Assembly: GCA_050084985.1 (NCBI GenBank)
Contig: JBITNC010000001.1
Span: 58,714,001-58,778,000 of the forward strand
DNA from: Nageia nagi
Lineage: Eukaryota; Plantae; Pinophyta
Length of the DNA stretch: 64,000 nt
Direction: 5' to 3'
Part shown: positions 41,201-51,964 of the stretch, in pieces
Numbering within the stretch: position 1 is the first letter of the stretch
How the letters are laid out: each line of letters opens with the position of its first letter
Position numbers and translations under genes: made by a program
The notes under the pieces: generated by a model
Told to the model about the DNA's origin: nothing
What the model saw: only the letters and a program-made list of their open reading frames with translations
Database searches by the model: none

Positions 41201-41501
41201 GATGATGACGTAGGTATCCGAGACAAAGACCTGGTGGTGGCAGAATTGAGACACTTCCTCCACAGTCTGATTATGACTGAAGATATTAATACCTTTTAGA
41301 CTGGTAAATCACTTGGACCATTTGCTCAAAGCTCATGCATGGGAGAGAGATATGATGAGGATCATGGATAAGGTGGATCGCTACATGGTCACGAACCAGC
41401 CAAAGCTATTGGAGATGCTACATGGACGAGAGCTCATAGCCAAGTTCCTGGATGATGATTTTGAAGGGCGTGTAGAGGCGTTGGGCCCATCAACCGCCTA
41501 G
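38233..41501 (+). pseudogene. LTR-borne ORF (~1,080 codons, disrupted), unknown protein; conserved N-terminal domain, acidic linker, coiled-coil-like C-terminus
   Basis: Consecutive ORF pieces 38635-41501 collinear with two other copies: IGDTNW, FLELCMEVG, FRKEFFGF, IRWSKVLSD..QL, KFYLNS, LPRFVSNKILLME, GRKHAII. Confidence 0.85.
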
Positions 41502-42974
41502 TCAAAATTTTTGCTATCTTTAATTTAATAGGTTTCATAATTATTTTTAGAGATTTTTATTTATTTGTTAATAAATTTCCAAGTTTGTGATGGATGAGGA
41601 TTTGCTCACACAAACTTGGAAGACATCTTGTAATGCCATGTGGTATTTTTTTTATTAGACCACGTTTTATTTTCTCGTAAATTGCAATTAGGGTTAGGGC
41701 AACATTTAGGGTTGCTCTAAAACTATATATAGCCCATTTGGGCTAATTTGAAAGGAGATTAGACATTTGTGCAAATTGGGACACTTATATAAAGTTTTCA
41801 AACTCGCAAGTTTCCCTTTTCTCAAATTGTGATATAAATTTCAAGTAATTTAAGGGAGCATGTTCTTATTTGGACTATGGATGTCATTGTATTTTATTTC
41901 TCCATGCTATCTTAAGTGTTTGGATCAATTTTGTAAATCTTCTAAAAGGTGGACAAAAGAGTGCTTGTAGATCTTTTGAAACATTTTAAGTGGTGTGTGT
42001 GTGGTGTAACATTCTATAGTTTGCACATTGTATTAGTGGCTTCCGAGAGAACTCGCATATGTCGTTTAACTTAGGAACTTCATTCCATGTTTGATGTCTT
42101 ACCCCATCCTATCTTACCTTTCCACCGCTTTAGCTTCAAGCTCCCCTTGTCGAGGTATTCATGTTGTTGCGTCACAATGTCTGATCGGGAATGCGTGGAA
42201 CCTAGATCAAACTCGTGCGAGTCTAGTCTTCGAAATTCACACTAGTTGGTGAGAACATTGCCCTAGAGCCCCATTCACATATCACCATCTCTTCACAAAC
42301 CTTTTCTTTATTTTTCTATTTTTTGCGTGGCTTTCGCAACAAACTCCTTTTATTTTTTCATTTTCGTTGAGAAATAACCTTACCGGGATTAGAGACCCTT
42401 CGAGTCCTTGATTAACAAATTTCATTTGAGTTGGAAATAGCTTTAAACATCTCCACCTAGTCACCTGAGTGAACCCCTGCATCCTTCACTTTTTGGCCTT
42501 TGAGGTAAACAATCCTCATAGCGGGTAGGGGTAACGCCTTACCACTTAGGTGTTGGAGTCTTTCCACTAGGCTTTGCGATACCATTTGCCAATTTGGAAG
42601 GGTAGGAAGGAAAAAGTCCCCAAGAAAGTCCACACACAAAGGTTTTGAATAAACTCTATACATCAAAGAATAAAACAACATTGGTTAACAAACTACTACC
42701 TCTCATTCTATTCCATTGAGGCTGATTCCAAAGAGGGATACCGCACTTTCTTTTATCTATCCCTAGACCAGAAACACGCTTGGCGGACATACCTTAAATG
42801 TCGTAACATTAGGTCGTTGAGTAAGTTGTTTCGACAAGAGCCTTGGAGGTATAAAGTCCTTTTCAAATGGAGGAATTGGTAATGCATTCCCGACTATGTT
42901 GCTTGGGATCTCCTAAGTTCCGCATGCGATTTTCAGAGGGTCTCTGCGGGAAAGAAAAGCATCCCAACAAAGTC

Positions 42975-44358
42975 TATCTCCAATCCAACTTGGCAGAAGG
43001 TTGATAGATGTTGTAATTGGTTCCAACTCTTCAGGCTCCCATATGTATGAGGATGATGAAGGGGAGGATGACAAATGTCCCTGTGAGGGAAACCAAAAGG
43101 CAACAATACCCACACACGAAGACACCTTAGACAAGGATTTTGCCTTTGAATCCTTCTTTGAGGATCAACTAGCTAAGATTGGTCTGGAAAAGGACATGGG
43201 GGATGAAGAATATGACCATGAACCAAGTTCACCCGAAATCTAGTAAGCCCAGTTTCAAAGGTGACTTCCCACCCATGGCACCAGAACCCAAAGAACCACT
43301 TTATCCAGAAGGTGAAGAAGAGATGGCTCTGGAAGCTCCAGAGCATGAATTCACAACATCCATGTGCTTGATGTTCCAGGTGTTGCCTTTGTCATGTTTG
43401 GTAAAGCATGGTTACATGTCTTCAAAGAACATGAAAATCTGACCCCTTTGAGGGATGAAGACAAAGAAGATGGAGGCAAGGAGCTAGAAATACCGTGTGA
43501 TGGTTCTTCCAAGGAGGTGTGGGTAAAGGACGATGTTGAAGATGAACTTAATGAGTTGATTCCGCAAGGGGAGTGTGAAGATGATTATCAACCCTTGGAC
43601 AACCCACGGTTGGAGATGGATGCCGAATCAAGTGGGGAGAACCCACTCTCTGAGCTTTCTGTGGTAGGAGAGCAGAGTGCTAGAACGGATGGATCATCAA
43701 CCTCACATGTGAATGGAGACATGGTGGAAGAAGAACAGGCATCCTCGATGGAATTGTTTCCAAAATTGGGATTCAATGAGCCTAAAGACCCCTTGTTTGG
43801 TGAGCCACTTGATGACTTGAGCCCCGACAACAAACTACGTCAAACTCAGTTGGATGGAGGTGATAGTGATAGCAAACCACATTGGTAGTTGAACTCATAG
43901 CAAGAGTTAGGCCGCACATACTCGGGAGAGGATTTCATATGCCAAGCTGTAATGGGACTTGAGGATGAGGGTATTGTCCATGGTGAAGATCGAGACCCAA
44001 TAAGATCAAAACCTTTCATGACGATAGAGTTTGATGATATAGAAGACTCCTTGTTCATTTAGGCACGAGAACTATCACAACAAGATATAAGGAATGCTAT
44101 CATCAGTGATAGTTGCTCCTTGAATCGTGGGGACGAAGCGAAGGAGATGAGACTTGAACCAGTAGTGAGGCAATCCGAACTGGTAAGGGAACCTAAGCCC
44201 AATTCCAGGTGGTACCAACCTTACATTCCTTGTATGCTTATGCCCAAGCACTCATATTTTCCATCTTTTGGCAATAAGGAGGTTGTAGATGGTGAGAGTC
44301 GAGGCTAGAAGGTGGTCGCTCACGAAATTAGTATACTTGCACAAAAGAAGACAAATGG
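42975..44358 (+). pseudogene. Internal coding remnant of element A: acidic, with aspartic-protease-like fragments
   Basis: YSLDFTLINL..PIQLGRRLI across the M2 insertion and AFVMFGKAWLH resemble the LLGRPWL end of retroviral proteases; frame continues across the M4 insertion. Confidence 0.5.
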
Positions 44359-44704
44359 TGTTGATGCCTCAACACACCCCTTTCTCTTTTCAACAAAAAG
44401 ATGGGGACCCTCAGTCTAGAAAGCACAGTGGAAGCCTTGGGAGATTTGACCCAAGGAGCATTTCGGGAAGCAATGAGAAGAAAGTTGTTCAGAAGAGCCC
44501 GAAGTGCAACTTTAAAATGGAGCCTACTTACAACAAAGCAAAACCCTTTCGAAGCTCTCATCTACATAGACGAAGGTGAAATCCAAATCATGATCAACTA
44601 GGCAGAGTTGCTAAGTAGTCATGGGAATTTGTATTAAATCTTCATCTAGTGCATGGCATCTCGCATCTCAAAAAGTCATAAAAAAATTGGCCAAGTCCAA
44701 GGTT

Positions 44705-46402
44705 GGTCACATGGTTTAGGAAAGACACTCATCCATCTTTGAGGAATGGTGCAACCACCCTTCAAGCAGATTTCAGCCCTTAAAAATGACTAAGTCCTCA
44801 AAATTTTTCATCTTAAGGGTGTTCGCATAATTTCAAAAAGTTGCATTAACATCCTTCAAAAATCATACGACCACCCCCTCTTGAAGAAGCAAAGTTGAAA
44901 ACAAGGAAAATGGGTCATTTGGAAGGTGTTTGCATGGTTTTAAATAGTTACAAATCCATCTTTCTCCAAACATGTGACCACCCCTCTTGAATGGTTCGGG
45001 AGCACAAAATTGGCTAAGTGTTCAAAATTCCTCTTTAAAGGGCATTCGCACAATTCAAAAAAGTTGCAAATCCATCTTTTTATAATCTCCTGACCACCCT
45101 CACTTGAAAGTTGCACTTGCCTTAGCCACATTCGATCTTCACCTTGGCCGAACAGACGAGGACGCCTAGTATATTTGTTCACTTAGTTTGCAGATCCAAG
45201 GGTGTTCCCACGGTTTCAAAAAGTTACCTTTTCATCTTTCAAAAATTATGCGACCACCCTCCTTTTAGGATTTTGGGCTCTAAAATGGCTAAGTGTTGAG
45301 TTAAGGGGCTCCCTAGAGGTGTTCGCATGATTTCCAAATGTTGCAAAATCATCTTTGGCAAAACATGCGACCACCCCTCCAGACGTTGAGCATGCATCAA
45401 GGGAGCTTGTCTCAAGCTCATTCGACCTCCACTCTAACCAGTCTAGTGTAGACACCTATCAAGCAAGAGACTATGAAGCAAGAACAAGCACTTATTTGCA
45501 CCAAGTCAGACTTGGCATCCAAAGTGGTCGCACGGTTCAGGAAAGTTAGGATTGCATCTTTTGCAAAATGCTCGACCACCCCCTTGCACTTCCAAAAATT
45601 GGCTAAGTGTTAGCCCAAAGTACTTATGGAGTGTTCGCATGATTTTGGCAAGTCATAATGGCATCTTTTTGAAGACATGCGACCACCTCTTCTTTGCATC
45701 CAGCTTCAATTCAAGTGATCGCATGGTCTTCAAAAGTCACCTTTGCATCTTTTGCAGGATGTGTGATCACCCTCTTAGTTACATTTTGGGACCAAGTTTG
45801 GCACCTCAACTTGTTCATCCCTGGTCGCACGTTCTCACAAAGTTACAATTGCATCATTTTCAGAGCAAGCGACCACTCTCCTCTTGCATGGAAAAAGACA
45901 CTTGTTGAAAAACTTGTTTTCTCTCCAGACGTTTCCACTTGGCAATTTTGAAGCACTTATAAAAGAAAGAAGAGGGGGTGACTTAGTTGGATTTGGTACT
46001 TCATTACTGGTCGCACGGTTTTGTCAAGTCACATCTCCATCATCCTAAAAGTGTGTGACCACCTTCTTCTTGCATTAACATTGATACCTCATGTTTTGTT
46101 GCACCTACTGCACCTTGCATTAAGTCATCTTTTGCATTTGGTCGCGTGGTCCCTAGAAGATAGATGTCCATCATTCTAAATGGACGCGACCACCCTTTTG
46201 CATTAATCAAGTAAAATTTTGTTGCATGGCCATTTGAGTAGCAGTTGCATTTTGGTCCTAAGTGGGAAAATGCATACATTAAATCTTTTTGTTTTGTCTT
46301 AGTTAGTCAAACCTTCCATTTTGTCATGTCGCATGAAGTCAACTTTTTGTGGTCGCATCATTTGCCCAAGATAGGAAAGCAACATTTCGATTTGGTGTGA
46401 CT
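44705..46402. repeat. Array of 13 palindromic sites GGTCGCA-N38-TGCGACC in M4
   Basis: Left arms near 44705, 44821, 44928, 45044, 45204, 45321, 45526, 45633, 45717, 45823, 46009, 46140, 46351; spacer counted as 38 bp in each. Confidence 0.92.
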
Positions 46403-46662
46403 AGGTCCATGAGCATTTGCATTCAGAAGGGGGGCCCACCAGCTGGCCGACATAGACGCATTCTTACATTAAAATCATATCATAAACAACATTGCATGTG
46501 AGAAAGGCCGACCACCTTGTTGTCACAAACATTCATTGTCCAAGTCCATTGCATCCATACAAAGGCATACAGATTTGCCAGGCATTGCATCCTTCTTGCA
46601 CCATGTCCGACATCTGTCAAAGTCCAGTCGTTACTAACTTGGTCTGTTTGTGCAGATTTTGA

Positions 46663-49600
46663 ATGGAGAAGATTAATTCTAGGTTGGGAAAAACCAGAGA
46701 GCTACAATTGGCTAGGCTGACTGATCGTAGTCAGATAGAGTTTATGAAGGAAAACCCTGAGGATCCCTTGAAACAAGCTAAATTCAAGAATAGTTTCATC
46801 AACATTGGGATACCAACTGGTCACATACTGACCTAATTCTGACACTCCAAGCAATTGGGGAGTTAGATAAGGTTCAGATCCTAAAAGAAGTGGTATGCAT
46901 GTCCAGAATAGCTATTGCCACTCTAATTCTCTTTGCTGTTCCTTTTCCCGAGCTATGCTATGAAGTAGGCAGGCATGCCAACTTCAAAGATCGAGCCCTT
47001 TACGACATCGATGGCAATAAGATCCTCGATTTCTCTCCACAGGGGATTGAGGAAGCCTTCAAATGGGGTAATGAGGGGATTGTTTATACGGAGAAAGATT
47101 CCTTGGAATACTATGAGAAATCTCCATGAGCCGTAGATCTCATCAGAAACTGGTTCAAGAATGAGAGCAAAGGATTTACAGGGAATAAGTTGCTGAATGC
47201 AAAAAGGTAACATTTCTACCCCAAAGTGCCCAGGATCATCAGCATGTTGTCCAGGGTCACTAGCAAAGAGGATGGCTTCAAATTCCAGAGGGAGTTTACC
47301 GGGTTCATTGCTGTGATAGGGAATTAGCAGAAAATCAGGTGGAGTAGAGTGATAAGTGATTCCCTCTTGTCCCAACTGGCCCACATTGGCTCCTCGAAGA
47401 AATTTTATATGAATTCCTATCTAGTTTTTCTCCTCCTCAATGGCAATAACAAAAAATTGGCCCACGTAGACGTTGAGATCTTGAACAATTCGGAGAAACC
47501 TGTATGGAGAGCCAATGGAATATCAAATTTACAAGGGGATAAAGGAGAGCAATGGTGAAGACGATATCCGATTCAGCTGTTGAGGCTATTCGGGGGAATG
47601 CAAATTACTTCCTGGAAGACTCCACACACCTACATTCGGGTCTATGGCTCTGAAGTCAGGCCATATCTCTTGCCCAAGTACGCCAACAATTGCCTCATCC
47701 TCATGGAATTTTGCAGGCAATTATTATTTTTGCATGAGAATGTATGGAAAAAGAAGAATGCTACAATGAATCTCCCCATATCAATGGGGGAATATACTTG
47801 CTCAACTTGGTAGGAGGCCAAGGAGATGGGCAATGAATTGTCTTACTATCATTTCAGTGAGGAGGCAACCTTCCACTACGATCTTGAAGGAAGGATTCAG
47901 TGTTTCTATAAACGGGGATTTAGAAATCTTGTAATCTATGAGCACCAACCTCTTGGAGACAAGGAGAGATATAGGAACAAGAGGGAGGATAAACAGATTC
48001 AGGAGGTTCACTAGATCCTAGTAGCTAGGGGATGAATTGATAGAAGAATTCAAAGCCTGAATGATCCTCGAGCCATCTCAGCTGATAAATCCACTTCCTT
48101 CTTGAGAGTGAGGAAACATAAGGGACGAATAGGAGAGCACGCCACTTTGGATGGGGTTAAGTCTGGGATTCACACCATTGTCAAAGAGATCACCAAAGAT
48201 GTAGCTATCATGAAAGAAACAGGGTATCCATATTTCCTGCTCCAACAACTTTAAGATTCCATCTTGAGGGACATCCCCATGATGCCTCTTGTACCTGTCC
48301 AGATTGAGAATCCTTTGGCTCTCTTGAACCTCTTGACACTCGTCGAGGAACACACAATAAACAAATTCCCAGAGCCCATTGAGGCTAAAACCCAGGAGAA
48401 TGTTCTCATTGCAAACCAACATGCAAACCCTAACCCTCAAGCTCATCTTCCGATTCTGAGACATCCTCTAGTTCGCATGAATCACGTTCAAAAGGAGAGA
48501 CTGAAAAGGAGCACGAGGATGGCGAAGAATCGTACACCAAAATAGAGGATACCCAAATTGTGGACATAGAAGGAGAATTTGAGACAGAGGAGATTGGCGA
48601 GGCTTTGCCTACAGGGTTGACATCTGCGAAGCAGGTTGCTTCTTCAGAATCTGCCACTCCATGAAGGAAGAGAAGGTTGTCCCTCAGGAAGGAGACTTCT
48701 CGAACGACCCCTAGCAAGCCTTCAAAGCTAAGCAAAACTTCTGCAAATAGAGATGGGGGAGATGAGGAAGATAAAGGTGAAAGTGAGGAGCAAAGAAAGA
48801 AAAGAAAGCAACAAGAACATGGTAGTTACAGGTTATCGAGAAGTAAGGAGAAACCAGCTGAAGCAAAGAGCCAACAGTTGAGAATTGAAGAAATCCGTAG
48901 GGAGTCTGTTCCAACAAATATAGACACCACTTTGGCCAATGTTGCAACTAGCTCAGGACCACATAAAGAATATGACTTTGATATCGATGCGATCATCAAA
49001 GACCTTCAGATAAGCTATAAGAGTGATGATGATGAATCAAGCCAAAGGAGGGAAAATATGTCAGCAAACTACCTGATCGAAGAAATAGATACTTTTGTGT
49101 CGATAAAAAATGATAAAGTGATCATTAACAAATGTTATTAATTACAATGTGGATGAGATGGTCCATACCGAGGAGTTCAAAGTAAAGAAGATTGGGTGGG
49201 TTGGACGCAAGCACACTATTAATTACAATGTGGATGAGATGGTCAGATAAGGGATTGTGAGGGAGAACACGGTCAAGGAACTAAAGAAGGATTTGGATCG
49301 GAAGAATAAGTTGGTGAAAGAGATACTGCCAAGATGACCATTGAAGATATTAAAGTGCGTACCTCACCAAACATCGGCATAACTTCAACCAAGGAGACTT
49401 TGATTAACGTAGTAATGAAGGTGGTCAATGAGCTCTCGCTCTGGCTAGTCTTCCTTACAGACGAACAAAAGATAGAGGAGAATACGACAGCGACTATCTC
49501 CCAGCTACTGCATGACTTTCAAAATCATGAGCAGGCTATCTAAAACATCAAAAGATCATCCGAAGGACAGCCTAGTCTAGTGTATACTGTCAGGAATTTA

Positions 49601-50049
49601 CCTATCACCCACATTGTTTAAGGTTCGCTGTAGGGGAATGTGCCAATCTCATGCAGGCAAGGATCGAATTGATGTTCACCTTGACTTTTCAGATGAACTA
49701 GTTCGTGCAGCCAATCAGCTTTATAAATGAAAATGGAAGTGCGAGTTGAGGTGAGCTCATGGCACAAGAAGTTCGAAACGTTATAAGGGAGCTCATCTTC
49801 ATGAAGGATGTGAATTTGCTGAGAGTGCTAACCCACATTGAGAATCAACAAAATTTGGCCATCTTGAAATTTCAAATGGAGGCCACCTCTTAGTTCATCC
49901 TTGACTTCCACAACAAAAAGGATGAGGAGTTGTCGGGTGCGCTCATTGTAGGACTCGCCAAGGCCAAGGCCTTCTTTGATGACAAGTCTCACGGGATTCC
50001 AGAGGACATCTTTGCTGCTGCCCACGCTACCGGTCCTACAGATGAATGA
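46663..50049 (+). pseudogene. LTR-borne ORF (~1,130 codons, disrupted), M4 copy
   Basis: IGDTNWSH, PFPELCYEVGRH, ILDFSPQGIEEAF, KKFYMNSYL, YIRVYGS..PYLLPKY; preceded by branch point CTAAC and acceptor TGCAG (46651-46655). Confidence 0.85.
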
Positions 50050-51964
50050 TTGGATAAATGCATAGTTTTATTTTCTGTTAAATTTTTTTAAAATTTTGCA
50101 TTGTGATGGATGAGTTTTTGCTCCCACAGTTGCGAAAAAGACTTTTAATTTGATAGATAGATAAAATTTGATATGATCGGGTGTGATCAGATACTGATGT
50201 GACATTGATCGATGTTGTTTAACTGCAGTTTCTCTTTTTGTTGATGGTTTTTGTGTGTTTCGATATAGTATTAGGGTTGCATGGTTGTTTAGGGAAACTC
50301 TATAATTAATGTTAGGGCAATGCTTCATTTAATGAAGTTGTTAGACGCATACTATAAGTAGCCCTAATCGGGTCATTTTTGAAATATACGAAGATAGATA
50401 CATGGAGAAGCACATATAGATGGATATGCAGAGATAGAGATATTGTAATCTCCTCCATGAGCTGAATGCAAATCTTCTGAGGATCTTACTTTTTGGAGTT
50501 GAGTTTTCCATAGCATGTATGTATGATTTATCATTTTGGGAAACTTTGTTATTAAAGCAAGTGTGATTGTTTATTTCATGGGATTGTAGATGCGCATATG
50601 GCATGAAATAAGTGTCGTATCATTTATGCATTTACAAGCATTTTCTTTGAAAGTCCAACATTTTAGGGAAAGATGATTGAATTCTTTTCTTAAATGGATG
50701 AATGATTGTTTCTGCAATCTGCATAAAGTCATAATATTTTGGAATTACTATGCTTTTATGATATTTGATTGGTTTTATCTGCTGAAAATGGACAACTGAG
50801 TGATTCACACATTTCACCTTCACATTTTCATATCGACCACTGCCCCATGCTCTCGCTTGGGAAAGATTTGGACCAAGTCATTTCCTCCCTTGCTTGATAA
50901 CTCCAGCAAAAATTCCTAATAAATCCGAAAGTAAAGCCCCAAACCCTTTACGGTGGTAAACAACCATCACTTATCCCACTATCAAATACCAAACCTACTT
51001 CATTCTTTACTTCATATCTCGACACTTCAAATACCATCATCCTTTTGCTTCAAGTACCATCATGTAGGCAACAAAAAATTGTGCAAGAAAGCCCAATAGG
51101 TCTGTAATTACTTTGTAAGTTAATCACCTCGAGCACATTCTTACTTGGGCCACTTCTGTGATAAAAGAACACCAATCACCAGGCCATCCGTTTAAAGTCA
51201 CGCGAAGCCCCTTTGAGCTTTGAAGATGCATAAACCTTGGGGTTAAAGTCCTTTCAAGTGGAGGTAAGTAACACTACCTCACTCATGGTGTTGTTTCCCA
51301 TAGGGGGGGGGGGAACAAAATCACGTCAATAGATGGCATCCTGCACGATGAGATGGCTATCGATAGAAATCCTTTACTCTAACTTGCTAGAAGCTCATAT
51401 AAATTCATGAGAAGGATTTTTGTGAAGTTGAGTCCCTCATATGCACACGGTGTATTCTCGTGGGCATATGTAAGATTCCTGTTACAATCCCCTATCTATC
51501 CTAGAAGCTTGTTACATGGGGATGAAAATACACTCTCTACTCATTTCTGTGAAGACCAAAACAAGATCTTCGACCTTGGAATAAGAGAGATCTCTGTGTG
51601 GTAGTTTAGTGTACAGAGTAGATTAGTGTCAAAAATAAAAGAAAAGAAAAGAAGAGAACATTGAAGCCTATCCATTGGAACTTGTCATGAGAGTGACTGA
51701 GCTCAGGGACTTGTCCTTTTCTCCAAAGATTACACTTGGAACAAACACTTTGGATGAATATAATGTCCCTGGACCTGGATCGATAACGCAGGTGTCCTCA
51801 TTCGAATGACTAGTGAGAATTCACTCATTCTAATGAAACCGATGATGCAGCGTGAGTGACATGTTGACAGAGGCTCATACACTAAGGACGATGCATGTCA
51901 CTATGCATCTGGATTTTGTTTTCTAACTTTGTTTTGTTTTGTTTTTTTTTAGCTATAGTTTGTC

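Larger units (their letters stand above)
36639..42625 (+). mobile_element. Solo LTR M3 (5,987 bp) nested in M2
   Basis: Starts TGTTGTG, ends ..CCCCAAGA (decayed CAACA); TSD AAGTC at 36634-36638 and 42626-42630; 3' 1.1 kb similar to the 3' part of M1; no PBS after it. Confidence 0.9.
31929..42969 (+). mobile_element. Solo LTR M2 (~5.05 kb after removing nested M3)
   Basis: TGTTG...CCCAACA termini; TSD AAGTC at 31924-31928 and 42970-42974; removing it restores the host reading frame LEHTS|LSPIQLGRRLIDVVIG. Confidence 0.92.
44359..51331 (+). mobile_element. Solo LTR M4 (6,973 bp)
   Basis: TGTTGATG...CGTCAATA termini; TSD AATGG (44354-44358) / GATGG (51332-51336), one mismatch; both ends resemble M1, M2 and M5. 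Confidence 0.85.

Noticed and set aside
51332-51348. TGGCATCC as a PBS after M4
   Set aside because: GATGG is the TSD and the sequence continues the reading frame of element A; no tRNA complement recognised.
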